Assembly: GCF_009914755.1 (NCBI RefSeq)
Contig: NC_060926.1
Strand: one strand, 5' to 3'
Source: the human T2T-CHM13v2.0 reference genome, Homo sapiens
DNA: 64,000 bases
Shown: positions 1 to 23,077 of the stretch, piece after piece
How the letters are laid out: each line of letters begins with the position of its first letter
How positions within the stretch are numbered: the stretch's first letter is position 1
The notes under the pieces: model-generated
The model's database searches: none
The model's input: only the letters and a program-made list of their open reading frames with translations
What the model was told of the DNA's origin: nothing
Made by a program: the position numbers and the translations under genes

Positions 1-398
<398 letters not shown>

Positions 399-399
399 G

Positions 400-938
400 C
401 ATGTAATTAATTCTTGTTCTATTTGTGGTTAGGTTAGTCTAAGCTTTATGAGTCCAGTTTTGTGGGGGTTTTTTTCATTAGCGTTATGGAAATTTTCACC
501 CAGTTTAATGATAGGATCTCAAAGTTGTCAGAAACCTGTATTTGTCAGCATTCTTTCCATCCTTTCCGTGAACCTCCTTGAAGAAGCAATACTTAAGGAT
601 TTGTAAAGAGTTTTCAGGGGGGAAAAAAAGCATCCAAATAAAGCTTGTTGTCTATTTAACTGTGGACAACAAGATTTTAAATGCTCATGGTTAAAGATAT
701 GATAAAAATTCATAATAATAATCATGCAATTGATGAGGAAATTTGGCTATTTCTGTAGCAAACAACAATTTAACATTAGAATTATGACTGATGGTACGTA
801 CTAAAACATAGATTTCTAGGAATCTCATATGCTTTTGGAACACACATTAATAACACACCTGTACAAGGATACTCACACCTGTACAAGGATACTCACACCT
901 GTACAAGGATTATTTATTTGACAGTGCTTCTTGTATGA
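400..938 (-). mobile_element. ERV1 (MER4-group) internal-region fragment
   Basis: AT-rich; 781-938 aligns by eye with ERV internal sequence at 18710-18850 (TAGGAATCTCA..TTTTGGAACACA..TTGACA.TGCTTC). Confidence 0.6.
854..910. repeat. Perfect 20-bp tandem repeat, 2.85 copies (CACACCTGTACAAGGATACT)
   Basis: Read directly: 854-873, 874-893, 894-910. Confidence 0.97.
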
Positions 939-939
939 T

Positions 940-1364
940 GCAGATTGTACTTCCCAGCCTCCCTTGCATCGGGGGGGAAGTGAGGCACCAAATTCTAGCC
1001 AATGAGATGAGGTATTTGAGCCAATAGCCAATGAGGTAGTTGAGAGCTGTTCCCAAAGCCTGCTTTACAGGGCTGCTAGCTCGTCCTCTTTGACCTTTCT
1101 CAATGTCCTCTCCATCTGGCTTGTTCCACGGAACATGAAAACCACCTTAGACCACACCCTAAAGATGACAGATGCCAGAGCTAGAAGGATCCTGAGCGCC
1201 TGGCACCATGGAGTGCTCTAGCAGCCCCGGACTGCCAACCTCCCAACTTCTTGAGAGAGAAAGGGACATAATTTCTCGTTGGTTTATGCCATCACTGTTT
1301 GCTGTGTTGTTGTTGTTGTTGTTACTCTCATCTGAACTATTGTTGAACATCATCTGAACTGATA
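940..1364 (+). mobile_element. MaLR LTR (MLT1-type), degenerate
   Basis: CTTCCCAGCCTCCCTTGCA...TTCTAGCCAATGAGATG and MLT1-like 3' end; contains (TGT)n at about 1305-1323. Confidence 0.65.
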
Positions 1365-1408
1365 TGGGGAGTGGTTGCCTAACAGATAACCAACAGTGTC
1401 TGCTGTTA

Positions 1409-1725
<317 letters not shown>

Positions 1726-3160
1726 GAGCTTCTTGGAAGAGGGCACATAACTTAGCCTCCAGATGAGTAGGATATAGAGAATCAGGGACCAGAACAGTGA
1801 ACATTCTAGAGTGAGGCAGGATAAGAAGTGAGCCTGGCTTAGAGGCCCAGATTGCAGAGGGTTAGTGGGGCCAGATTGTAGGAAGACTTTGACCATTCCA
1901 TTGAGACGTGTGCTGGTCCTTCTAAGCCAGGAGAATCTGGACTATTTTGAATGGCCCCTGGAGAAAGCTCATCCCTGTGTTTAACTTAAATGTACCATGT
2001 TTCAGTTTGAATCTCTCTTGCCTTATTCACAGTGGATCAAGCCTGGCTTCACCACAGGAAAGCTGAGCCTCTATGTTCCCTTCAACATTATTAAATGTCA
2101 CCCTCTATCACCACACAGACAGGAAAAGCCCATTTCTTAAAATGATTAAAGCCTCAGTCTTAACCTGTCACATCTAGTACTCAAGATATGGGATTGTCAT
2201 CCCAAACATCCAAATCCCAGACCAGACTGAAGGAACTGGCAAGGGCAGGAGCCCATCTCCTTCCTTAGCACCTGGCCAAGGCCTGGCCAGAGCTGGGCTC
2301 TTCCTTGTTGAGCAACGCCTTCCTCCCTTCCATCTCCCTTCACTCTGCACCAGAGGAGCCAGGAACTAGACCCAACCCCCTCCGGCAGCTGAGCCTAGCT
2401 GGACACATGGCAGAACTGTCCAGAGGGGAGTTCATGTCCTGTCCTCCCTCCTGCTTCTCAGAAGCCTCCCTGATATCAATTATCTGAGAGGCAAGACCAT
2501 AAACCACTGGAACAGCCAGTCCCAGAGTCAAGAGAACATCTTCACTCTTCTGAGCTGCCCAGGCCCCCAGGCCCAGCTGCCAAGGATTTTCTGCACCTTG
2601 AAGTGCAAAACAAACAAGTGTTACTGTTTTCATGTGAACTACCTCAATGCACTCTGCTGGCCTTGCACTGGGGCTTTGTAGGTGTATGACTGGGGGAAAA
2701 AAGACAGAGCTTTTTCCCTGAGGTCAATCAATGTGCTCTGGACACTGGCCAAGGATGCCTGGTAGCTGGTTCTGTTCAGTTGCAGGGAGGCAGTGAGGGC
2801 AGATGGGGAAGAAGGAAGGAGGGTGGGATGGGGGTGCTATTCTCCACCTAGGGATCTGCAGGTCACTGCCCTGAGCACCATTCCCAGCCTTTTCCCACCA
2901 AGGACACCTGGGAAGATTTTATCTAGAAGGCAAACTGGATTTTTTTCTAATAATCAATTTGCTTCCAAGTTTTCCTTACCTAGAAGCCATTCTAGTCACC
3001 AAGCCAGCTTCAGGTGAGTATGAAATGAACAAGGTTGTTACACAGGTGATGTAATTCCAGCTCAAAGTAAAGAGGCTGGGGCTTCAGTTCGCAGGACAGC
3101 CTCATCCTGGGGAATGTTAAGATTTCATTTAGGCTTTATGGAATACTGAAAGTATCTATC

Positions 3161-3879
3161 TGGTGGGAAATAAAAATAAAATCCTCAGTCCCCCAACCGA
3201 ATGAACGAACCCCCTCTTGGCCAAGGAGATGGCAGAGAAACCTTGAAAACTGAGTTCCTGGCCATGGCAGCATGGGGGGCTGGACACGCCTCGTTATACC
3301 CCCTCCCTCACTACTGCCATTAGGCTTTCTTCCCTAAGGGTTCAACAGAAACCAGCCCTTTTGAAAGACTCACTCCACTGCTGATTTCAACCAGCCACAT
3401 GACTGCCCTCTCTTTTGCAGTTTCCACGCAATGGGCCAGAATTCCTTCCTGATAAGAGACCACTAACCACAAAGTGGTGTTGGCCATCTATGGACGCTGC
3501 AGACAGGGTTTTCGTGTCCTCTGCTTCACCTTTTGACATCAGAAAGTGGAAAACTCCACCCTGAGATCATGCTAACCCTACTGTTTTTTGTACATGTGAC
3601 CCATGAAGGGGCATGAAGCTCAGTTATGCATGTGTAGGTTTCTCCATTCATAAATGTTCATCACTCCTCTTGTAGCTTATTAAATATGTATATTCAACCA
3701 CCCTGCTCAGCATAAATTTCTGCTCCCTTTACCCCTCCCTTAAAGTGCCTGTTTCTGGCTTCTGGCCAGAGGCTACAGTTCCCAGCCCATCAGAATGGCC
3801 ACCCTGCATGCTGCAGCTCTTTATAAGAAACAAAGCTCTGCTTTCCAAATTTATGAACCTTGTCATTCTTCAGTGGACA
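3161..3879 (+). mobile_element. ERV1 solo LTR, MER4-group (MER4D/LTR43-like)
   Basis: AATAAAATCCTCAGTCCCCCAACCGAATGAACGAACCCCCTCTTGGCCAAGG start; ends CTTCAGTGGACA. Confidence 0.7.
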
Positions 3880-3958
3880 CCGGCAACATCCCCTCCATTC
3901 CCACCCTGACTCTTGCCTAGGTTGAGAACCGGGGCCTTAACTCCAAGAAATGACTTTA

Positions 3959-4255
3959 GGCCAGGTGCATTAGCTCACACCTGTAATCCCAGGACTTTGG
4001 GAGGCCCAGACAGGAGGATTGCTTGAACCCAGAAGTTCAAGATGAGCCTGGGCAACATGGTGAAACCCTGTCTCTACAAAAAAAAAATCCAAAAAATTAG
4101 CTGGGTGTGGTGGTGTGCACCTGTGGTCCCAGCTACTTGGGAGGCTGAGGTGGGAGAATCACTTGAGCCTGGGCAAGAGAGTGAGAACTTGTCTCAAAAA
4201 AAAAAAAAAAAAAAAGAAAGAAAAAGAAAGAAAAGAAAAGAAAAGAAAAAAAAGA
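3959..4255 (+). mobile_element. AluJ with internal deletion and (GAAAA)n tail
   Basis: Alu consensus; TSD AAGAAATGACTTT. Confidence 0.9.
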
Positions 4256-5561
4256 AATGACTTTGTACTGCAGCCCTTTGAGCAAGTGTTTCAGTCTGTC
4301 ATTCAGAGCATCCCAGGGTACCCCGATCATCTGCAGTGTCTCAGGGTGAGTCCTGACCTAGGGTGTCACATTCCTAGAAATTCCAGCAAGCTCTTCCTAC
4401 ACCCAATGGATAGTGGGAAAAGCAGGGTATGTGTTTGCAGTGGAGTGTGGAAAGGGGGAGGGGGCTTTGGTATCTTGAGAAAGCTAATTTCATAACTAAT
4501 TAAATCAGAAAAGATGTGGAAAATCCTAGCACCAATTTCCAATCCTCTTCACAACATTCCTCATACCTTCAGATGGCACAAAGTGTTGTTTTATACAAAG
4601 AGGAGAATAGTAGGTGTTCTGAGACTTTCTCCATCTCTGAGAGGTACTAAGTATGCTTGGGTTTCAAGTTCTTCTCCCTCCCTTACTTACTGTGTGATCT
4701 TGGGCACATTACTCAGCCTCTCAGGACCTTATTTACTTACCTGAAAAACAGTGTTGTTCTGAACATCAAATGAAAAATTCACATAGAGCATTTAGTGTCT
4801 GTGACATATAATAAGCATTCAAGGCATGGTAACTCTTACTATCTCATTTATCACAAATAATATTCTCTGCCTTTATTATCCTCTCCTCCCACCCCCATCT
4901 CCTCCCAAGAGGCTGACATGTGACTCCTGGTCTGCCAGGAGCAATGCCTTCCCTGCTGGAGCTCCCGGAGGGCAGGGAGATGTCCCCTCTTTCCTCTGTG
5001 CCACCCATCCCCATTTCTCCACACCATGCCAGTGCTGGACTCAACTTGATGAGGACTCCCTGACCGCTGATGTATTATCTAACAGCATCAAACTTGGGAG
5101 ATTTTCCTGCAGGAACCCTTGAATCTGTTGTCAGTTTGAAGGAGGCAAGCAATTCCAACTGAGAAAAGTCACCCAGGGAAAGGGTGTAAAGGGGGCAAGA
5201 CTTTTGGGAGGGCATCACATCTCCATCTGGTGCTTCATTTCCTAGGCCTGAAATTCATTGCTTGTGTACCCAGAAGTGATCAGTCTCTACAGATCATCTC
5301 ACATAGCCAAGCTCACAAAGATTGACAGGTGAGACAAGCACATGGAAAGCCAAATGGTCACCAGAGGTTGCTTGGTGGGTGTTAGACTCTGGGTAGGTAA
5401 AGAGTGTTTGATGATCCTAATGGCTGAAATCAGCAGAGAGCTCAATATAAGGCCTCTATATTGCAGCATTCCAGGGGGTGCCATTCTCATGGTTGATGAT
5501 GAAAAGAGAGCCCCTTCCTGTGGAGTTGTTCAGTGCACACAGCCCTTCCCAGACCCCAGTC

Positions 5562-6383
<822 letters not shown>

Positions 6384-6384
6384 A

Positions 6385-6925
6385 TGCTCTTCATTGAATA
6401 CTCCTGATATGTCAAGGAAGATGCAACCTGAGAACTGAGCGAAACTTAGCAACATGGAGGGCGTTGGCAAGCTCAAAATTCAGTGGAGGGGGTATAAACC
6501 TGATTGGAAGGTTCAAAAGAAAATGGACGGAGAGGAATCAATGAGAAAAATGGGGTAGCAGTTGAAGGGGGATATGGATCAAGAGAGAAAAGCAACTTTT
6601 TTTAGCTGAGAAATTATATTTATAATATTTGTTAGAACATATTATTTTCATAATATTTGTATGTTATGGAGAGTGATCCAGTAAAGAAGAAAGTATGCTG
6701 ATGTAGGGAGGAGGAACCATTGCTGAGTTCTTGAATTGATGGGCAGAGCAGGGTCTCAGGCACAAGTGGAAAGGGAAGATTAACTTTATGAAAACGGAGG
6801 CAGTTCATCTATAGTAATAGCCAGGAAGGCAGAGGTCATGGCACTGATGCAGGTAGGTGGGTAACTGAAGTGATGAGAGAGTCTGAAGATGTTCTTACTT
6901 CAATTTTCTTGGCAAAATAGAAAGG
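6385..6925 (-). mobile_element. L2 fragment
   Basis: Purine-rich degenerate L2-like sequence (GTCAAGGAAGATG..CTGAGAA..TTAGCAACATGGAGG). Confidence 0.5.
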
Positions 6926-7639
6926 TATGTACATACATGCATGTTCATGTATGTTTATGTAAGCAAACACCAGGAGTCTAGTCTATAGTAGCATCTGGCT
7001 ACTTAGGTGAGCATGACAGTGAGGAGAGAGATCCATAAAGTGACTGCCTACAGAGCTGGCTGCACTCCAGGAATCAGCCATCAAAGACGGGGAAGGGTCC
7101 GACCAGGCAGGACAGAACACTTTCAGTGGTGATCCTGCATGGGAGGGACAGCAGCAAGCAACCCTTCTCTGTGAGGACTGACCCCTGGGAGTGAGTGGGC
7201 TGTGGAACTCATCGCAAAAGGGTGGGATCTTCAGGAGAACTCTGAAATATCAGTTTGAATATTAAAAGAGAAGTGTCCTTATTTTGTTACCCAAAATGAC
7301 AAATCAGAATATCTTGGTTATACTTATTTCCATATTCTCTGGGTATTTTGAAGATAACTGAAGTATGTACTTAACACCTTAGCAAGTACCTGGGTTACGG
7401 TAAGTGTCTGGTAACTCACAGCCATTGTGGTGATGATAATATCATTGGATGCCCATTCATCCACAATGGTTGATCCTGGGGGTGAGGGACTGTCTTATTT
7501 TCCATCATAGCATAGTCCCTGACACTTGAAAGGAAAGCAACATTTGTTAAATTGATAAACAAAAATGATTGAATCCCTGTGATCTACAGTGGTCTGGGAA
7601 CGCATCATAGAGGAAGTAAGCTGGACCTTAAAAAATTAA

Positions 7640-8076
<437 letters not shown>

Positions 8077-8596
8077 TGAAGGCATATGTCCTTAGAGGTC
8101 TCTGAGGGCTTTCTGAAGGAAGCAGTGGATGCATCTCTCAGCTCCAGGTCTGATGTTCCCTGAACAACACTTGTGAACATTTACTGTGGTTTTGGGGATC
8201 GCTACCTGGGTGTTGACAGCAGCTGTACGTCGGGGCCTCAGCCCTAAATGTTCGGTTGTTACTTCAAATCCATCAAAATGTCAGGGTTTTCAGGAAAGCC
8301 ACTGAGATGCCATTTCAAAGGCTTCAGTGGGAATGTGCCTTTCTTTCACTTGCCAAACTGTTAAAGCATTAGCTTGTTCAAGTTGCAAGGCCCTTAAAAC
8401 CATCCATGGATTTCATGGTGTGTTTCTGGTGGTTGGTGTCAGTCCTATATTCTCCTGTTACTGTATTGCTGCTCCCCACTTTCCACCCTTACAAGCCACC
8501 ACAATCTGTACCAGCAGCTCAAAATGTATGTCATCACTTGAGAGATGACAGGGCTGTGAGGTTCTTACAAATCATCTAGGCCTCATTCTCTCCATC

Positions 8597-8970
8597 TGTT
8601 ATCACCCGATGGGTTTGTCCTGCCCACTGCACAGATGAAACCAATTCACAGAGACCATAGCATTTCAGTAAAGAGTTTAATTAATGTAAGGCCACCAAGT
8701 GGCAGGACTGGAATTATTACTCAAATCAGTCTCCCCAAGAACTCAGAGGCCAGAGATTTTATGGAAAATTTTGTGGCCATAGGGCTAGGGAATGCTGCTG
8801 ATTGGCTGGAAATTAAATATCAGAGAAGTGAGGAAAATGGTCCCCATATGTTGCATCTGCCTCTGGGTGGGGGCCACAGGACCAGTTGAGTTATGAGTCA
8901 CAGGTCCAGGTGTGGTCAGTCTGTTACCAGAATGCAAAAGTCTGGAAAACATCTCAAAAGACCAATTTTA
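8597..8970 (-). mobile_element. ERV1 LTR fragment (LOR1/LTR26-like)
   Basis: TGTTATCACCCGATGGGTTTGTCCTGCCCACTGCACAG...ATTACTCAAATCAGTCTCCCC. Confidence 0.65.
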
Positions 8971-8971
8971 G

Positions 8972-9310
8972 GACCAGGCATGGTGGCTCACACCTGTAAT
9001 CCCAGCACTTTGACTGCTTGAGGCCAGGAGGATCGCTTGAGGCCAGGAGGATCGCTTGAGGCCAGGAGTTTGAGACCAGCCTGGGCAATACTGCAAAACT
9101 CCTCTTCACCAAAAGAAAAAATAAAAATAAAAATAAGCTGGGTGCAGATCTGCAAGTCTGTAGTCCTAGCTACTCGGGAGGCTGAGGCAGGAAGATCACT
9201 TGAGCCCAGGAGTTCGAAGCTGCAGTGAGCTATGATGGTGACACTGTACTCCAGCCTGGGAGATGGAGCAAGACCATGTCTCTTAAAGAGAGAGAGAAAG
9301 AGAGAGAGAG
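8972..9310 (+). mobile_element. AluJ with internal 19-bp triplication
   Basis: Alu consensus; GCTTGAGGCCAGGAGGATC about 2.8 copies at 9016-9068. Confidence 0.9.
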
Positions 9311-9329
9311 GAAGAAAATCAGAGCTAGA

Positions 9330-10386
<1,057 letters not shown>

Positions 10387-10389
10387 GGT

Positions 10390-10623
10390 AGAGGGGAGGG
10401 AAGTGAGTAAGGCTGTAAAAGGACAAGATGAGGCATCCTTGTGGTGATGAACTTGCTCTGCATCTTGACTGTATCAAGGTCAAACCTGGTTGTGATCATG
10501 CATTACAGTTGTGTGAAATGTTATTGTTAGAAGAAACTGAGTAAAGGATACACAGGGTCTCTATTATTTCTTATAAGTGCATGTGAATCTATAATTACCT
10601 CAAATTATGAAGTTACTTAAAAG
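10390..10623 (+). mobile_element. Old L1 (L1MC-like) 3' end
   Basis: GGTGATGAA..TCTGCATCTTGACTGT...GCATGTGAATCTATAATTA. Confidence 0.7.
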
Positions 10624-10963
10624 CAGCATTTGAGAAGTTGGGTATTTATAGGCAATTTAATAAAGAAACATTAAAATAAGATTGCATATATATTTTATAT
10701 ATATATATGTTAATACCCTATAGAACAGTAAATTGAAAGCTTTGGGGTTATCTTTTATTGTATACATAAATCACATGCATTTCTGTAACACTCAAATCTT
10801 CAGGTTAATATGCTACTTCACAGAATCTGAGCCGTTAATAGTAAATAGCAAAACCAAACAAAGGCATACCATATTCACCTTAATAAAATAATGCTTAAAA
10901 GTACAGGTAGTGAATAGAAAAAAAAAACACCAAAAAAAAAAAGCATTTAAAAAACCCCAAGCA

Positions 10964-11280
<317 letters not shown>

Positions 11281-12201
11281 AACCCCAAACAACAAAAACA
11301 GTAAAGACAGTAATCTTGGCCATATTTAGAGGTTTCAAATATATATATATATATTTGCCTTTTTTAGTTTTTCTTTATATATATATATATTTGCCTTTTT
11401 TTAGTTTTTCTTTTTTAAAATTTTATATATATAAAATTATATGTCATATATAAAATTATATATAAACAGCAAATATACTTTGGATTCTGTGAAATTTCAG
11501 GCTTCTAGGGCTGCCCACCTCTCCTCACATGGCCTAGTTCTTGTAGAGATATCCCAGATCCCAAGATGTTCAACACTCCCCTACTCCCCTCCATTTCCCA
11601 CAGCCCCTGGGTTCTCACCCTATCTTCACCTATAGGTAATCCATCTCAGTTAAGATTTAGCAGGTGGTAGGGGTGAGTACCAATAGTTCTTCCCTCTGAA
11701 CACATCTTTTATGCTCAGGAAAAAGAACAAGTATTTTTCTCTTCACTTAGTCTCTCAAAAGGAAGGTAATAACCAAGCCAGCGAGATCCAATGCATTGCT
11801 CAACTTGCCTAGAGAAGATTGTCTGCCCCGAAAGCATCCCCCAAAAACCATGTGAGGAAGTCCACTGGGTGCTCTGCCCTGCCTGCAAGACCCTGGGCAT
11901 CCCCCCAACTTCCTCCTGGCCTTGCCCAAGCACCATCAGCTCTCCAGAGTATCCACGTCAGCCTGGCACCATCCACCAGAGTTTCAGCTCTGGGACACAG
12001 CAGCAAAGGCCCAGCCTTGAAACCAAAGAGAATCCATTAGGGAAATTAATGTGTCCAATAACTGCTGCCTCTATTTTTATTAGAACAAACTTGCTCAGGA
12101 ATGGGGAATCTGTCCCTGTGGACAGCTTTTCTGGACAAGCATACTGTCTCTATCTTGTTTCTGAGATTAAAGTGGCCTCTTTATTAGAAAAGTGGTGATT
12201 T

Positions 12202-12507
12202 GGCCGAGCATGGTGGCTCACGCATGTAATCCTAGCACATTGGGAGGCCGAGGCGGGTGGATCATGAGGTCAGGAGATCGAGACAATCCTGGCCAATACG
12301 GTGAAACCCCGTCTCTACTAAAAATACAAAAATTAGCTGGGCGTGGTGGCAGGCGCCTGTAGTCCCAGCTACTCGGGAGGCTGAGGTAGGAGAATGGCTT
12401 GAATCCGGGAGGCGGAGGTTGCAGTGAGCCGAGATTGCGCCCTGCATTCCAACCTGGGCAACAGAGCTAGACTCTGTCTCAAAAAAAAAAAAAAAAAAAA
12501 GAAAGAA
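12202..12507 (+). mobile_element. AluSc-like
   Basis: Alu consensus; TSD AGAAAAGTGGTG. Confidence 0.92.
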
Positions 12508-13361
12508 AAGTGGTGCTTCCAGCAGAGGTTTCCTTCTTCCAGCACCACTGACAGGCTCCAGTTACCCCACATCTGACCCTCTCAGACATTGGGAGGAGGA
12601 GACAGCGTGAATGGGAGGCTCAAGGGCTAGTCTCCTGCAGGGTGAGTCCTGAGCCACTGACCTGGGCTCGGTGCACTCAGGGCCACAGCCTCCTCCCTAT
12701 ATTGGGTTCAGGGTTTACAGTAGGTGCTCACTAAAGAATGCGTATTCAGATTAATCTGACCCCTGGTATTTTCTTTCACACTCAGCTTCTCTCAGCCTCT
12801 CCTTCTGCATTGTCCTCCCAGAATGATTAAGCCATTCTCTTTTGAGGGTTCTATTGCTGGTCACTGTTGAAAGATTTTTTTAAAGGTAAAATCATGATAC
12901 TCATACAAACATAAAATAAACAGTTGTCAAATATTTTATTTAACTCATTAATTAATGAGAGAAGCAGTAGGATGGTAGAAATGATTCAAAGGAGAAGTCA
13001 AAGAACACGCATACACATAGGCAAATGGAATACTAAAATGAATTTCCAAAAACAAGCAAAATTGGTCAATGTCTGTATGTATTCCGCTGGGCAAAGTTCA
13101 TTGGCATTTCTATGGACAAGGATCACTTGCAGTACTCTCAGGTCAGAAAATGAAACACTTACAGAACCTGGAAGAGTACCTGGCACAGGACATAGGACAT
13201 CCGGAAATTTCTCCATATTCCAACGTCTTTCACAATTTTTTCTGACACCTTCAATTGAAAACAGGCCAGAAACCACATGGCCACCGGGACATTATCAAGC
13301 TTCTACCACCCTCACAAGCTGGTCTCTGGTTCTTTTCCTCATGGGCTCTCCAGCTGCCCTA

Positions 13362-13797
<436 letters not shown>

Positions 13798-13979
13798 AAA
13801 AACATTTTTTTTTTATTTAAAAAAAGGCAAAACCTTCTCAGCTCCTTCTGCTCCCTTGCTGGACCTCCATAGGTTGTAGTCATATCTCAGTTATAGCCCC
13901 TTGTATTTCCTTACACTGTTATCTGTTTTCTTGTTCCTCCACCCACTCGACTATGAGCTCTTGTGGGACATGACCCCTG

Positions 13980-14440
13980 GTTTTGTTTGTTTGTTTGTTT
14001 GTTTAACACAAGGTCTCACTCTGTCACCCAGACTAGAGTGCAGTGATGCGATCATGGCTCACTGCAGCCTCAACCTCCTGAGCTCAGGTGATCCTCCCAC
14101 CTCAGCCTCCCGAGTAGCTGGGGACTACATGTGCACGCCATCATGCCCAGCTAATTTTTAAATTTTTTGTAGAGACAGGATCTCACTATGTTGCCCTGCC
14201 TCTCCTTCTGTATGGTCCTCCCCAAATGATTAAGCCATTCTCTTTGTGGGATTCTATTGCTGGTCGCTGCTGAAAGATTTTTTTTAAAGGTAAAATGATG
14301 ATACTCATACAAATATAAAACAAACAGATGTCAAAGATTTTATTTAACTCATTAATTAATGGTTGTGAACTCCTGGACTCAAGCAAACATTCCACCTTGG
14401 CCTCCCAAAGTGCTGGGATTACAGGCATAAGCCCACACCC
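13980..14440 (-). mobile_element. AluJ interrupted by a 164-bp local duplication
   Basis: Alu reads ..CACTATGTTGCCC | insert | GTTGTGAACTCCTGG.. Confidence 0.9.
14198..14361 (+). repeat. Templated direct duplication of 12795-12957
   Basis: About 90% identity by eye over about 163 bp; no TSD or poly(A). Confidence 0.93.
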
Positions 14441-14481
14441 ATCCAAAACCCATGTCTTATTGTCTTTGGCCAGAATGAATA

Positions 14482-15990
<1,509 letters not shown>

Positions 15991-16039
15991 GACTTCCGGT
16001 TCCATTCCTCAGTACATCCACCAATTCCACCCTGCAGGC

Positions 16040-16237
16040 CAAGCTCATCCAACCCACCTTATTTTGTTGTTCATGTTCTGTTTTGTTTTGTTTTAGGCTT
16101 TTAGCAACCTGAAGCCATGGTTTTTAGTTTCTGTCTCTAGTGAAAAGCAGAAAAGAGAGATAAAGAAGGGGCTTTGTTAGCCCAGCCAGAAACAGAAACT
16201 AAGAACCCATGGCTGTGTTCTCTCTCGGACACCCCTG
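16040..16237 (-). mobile_element. Non-autonomous DNA transposon (MER107-like)
   Basis: About 198 bp; ends GGACACCCCTG; internal inverted blocks CCATGG..TTAGTTTCTGT / ACAGAAACTAA..CCATGG. Confidence 0.7.
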
Positions 16238-16285
16238 TTTAGGCCATTTCCTGCTACTGATTACCTGTTGAATGAAGAATGAATG

Positions 16286-16667
<382 letters not shown>

Positions 16668-17176
16668 TTATTTGGACGCCTCCTCATCAGAAGTGAGTCA
16701 TTTACATCTCAGAGACTGTCTAGGCTGAGCGACTTCCTTTGTTTTTGAGTGCCCACCTCTGCAGAGGAAATGCCTCTTTGGGAGCATTTCCCATGCTATA
16801 GGGGAGGGACTTCCAAACTGAATTACTCTCCTTTTCCTCAGCCAAAACGCATCTTCATGCCTCATATTTTTTCTTTTCAAAAATACATCCTACTTTTCTT
16901 ACCAAATATGCACATAGAGGTGTTTTTGCTTATTTTTTTAAATAATGCTATTTTTCAATGTGGCACAGGACATGTTTGCTAACCAAATATCATTCATTCC
17001 TCTATAGTAAGTGAACAATAGATAAGTATATACTTATGTGAGGCAATTAATGCTTCAGTATATCTCCTTGTTTGGAAATAATCTATGAATGCAATGAATA
17101 TCCATCATTTAACTTAGCAAAACTCTAAGGGTGAAAGATACCAAAGAGAGTTGTAGAATTATTATAATTCTCATCA

Positions 17177-17468
17177 TTTTTTGAGACAGGGTCTTGCTCT
17201 GTCACCAAGGGTGGAGTGCAGTGGCACGATTACAGCTCACTGCAGTCTTGACCTTCCATGCTCAAGTGATCCTCCTATCACAGCCTCCTGAGTAGCTGGG
17301 ACCACAGGTGCATGACACCACGCCCAGCTAACTAATTTGTTTGTAGACACAGGTTCCAACTGTGTTGCCCAGGCAGTCTCAAACTCCTGGGCTCAAGCAA
17401 TCCTCCCACCTTGGCCTCCTAAAGTGCTGGAGTTACAAGCATGAGGTATGAGCCACCATGCTCAGCCT
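17177..17468 (-). mobile_element. AluJ
   Basis: Reverse Alu consensus. Confidence 0.9.
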
Positions 17469-17656
17469 GGAGAATTATTTTTAAATAAACATATTACAAA
17501 ACATAATGATTGGTGAAAAGATAAACAGATGTGAGATAGAAGCTTATAAATTAACTCAGCTGTTTTTAAACAATCTTGCTTGGATTAATCATAAAAATTC
17601 CATGAGACATAAACAGCTAGCCATCATCTTAAATTATTTTCTTGCTGATAAATTTT

Positions 17657-18669
<1,013 letters not shown>

Positions 18670-19434
18670 TTATTTCTGTGACGTACAAAAATTTAACATA
18701 ATAATCATTATAATTGATAACATTTACTAAGACATATCAGAATTTTAGGAATCTCACACAATTTTGGAACACATATTAACAACACATTTATACAAATAGA
18801 ACTCAGAGAAAGTTAAACGCCATTTCTTACTTGACAATGCTTCCTGTGTGACATTTACATACAAAATAAACTTAGTGTGTCTCTCTTGAACTTCCAGCGG
18901 CTCTTTTTGGAACTTGAAATTTAATTTTAGGAAGTTTGTTAAATATGAAAGGTTTAAAACATTTTATCAAAATAGGATCACAGGTCACTGTAAAATAATA
19001 ATCATTCATTGAGCCAAAGTGATAATTCAAAGATTTCAAAAAGCAAAAACTTTACTCTTTGATAGAGAAGAGTCTCATTTTCCCAACAATCAAAAGACCT
19101 AATAAAGACAGCATGAGGCAAACAAAGTCTGTCTCTCCCTCTCCCCTCATTTTTTTCAGTATACTTAAAAGTAAACAAAAATCTATTATTACCCCTTATT
19201 AATACTAGATGAAAATCTTTTTCAAAATTCTACCTTTGCATCAGTGTATTATTAATGGCAAAGCTAATTTTAACAAAACCTTATAACAAATTCACCCAAA
19301 TTCAATCAGTTTGACCATACACAATAAGAGTTCCATAAACCTTTTAGAACCTCTTATAATTTTTTTCATTCTCTTTCTTTTAGCTTTTTATATGCATTCC
19401 ATTTTATCTATCATTCCTTTTATTTCTTAAATTT

Positions 19435-20585
<1,151 letters not shown>

Positions 20586-20808
20586 AAAGTCCATTTGTAA
20601 ACTTTTATCTCATTGACATTTATTTATTCTTAACAATTGTGTTTGAAAAATTGTATGAGACATGAAACAAATCTAGTCATTATCTCAAGTTAAATTTTTT
20701 ATTAACTATTTTTATATGTTAGGCAAGTATCAAAAAAGCAAGAACTTTGAAGTTAAATACATGTATAGTTTGCTGATAAGTCAAAAGACATAGTTCTTTT
20801 TTTTATTA

Positions 20809-22051
<1,243 letters not shown>

Positions 22052-22261
22052 TTACAGCCTCTAAGTGTTCAAACCATGCCTTTCTTAAGTAAACGTGCAA
22101 AGAAGAAAGTAGCCCCCTGCAGTAATAACCATTCATTGAAACTGTTATCGGCCACCTCTAAAACTGCAGCTTTCATCAGCAACTAGCCAGCCATCACACA
22201 CACAAAGGTCAAGTTCTTTCTCACACTACAGCTTACTCCCTGGTACCCTCAAAAGCCAAGG

Positions 22262-23008
<747 letters not shown>

Positions 23009-23059
23009 TCGGGTCCCGAGTTCCCATGACTGCAGCTTCCAGAAGAGCAGAGCTTTGGT

Positions 23060-23077
23060 ATCCTACTCACAGCGCCA
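23060..23077 (-). promoter_or_regulatory. Retroviral primer-binding site, tRNA-Ser(CGA)-like
   Basis: Minus strand TGGCGCTGTGAGTAGGAT, 4 nt after the LTR terminal CA; 17/18 match to remembered tRNA-Ser(CGA) 3' end ATCCTGCTCACAGCGCCA. Confidence 0.8.

Noticed and set aside
854-910. Direct repeats as a CRISPR-like array
   Set aside because: No unique spacers, no cas genes, and a mammalian context.
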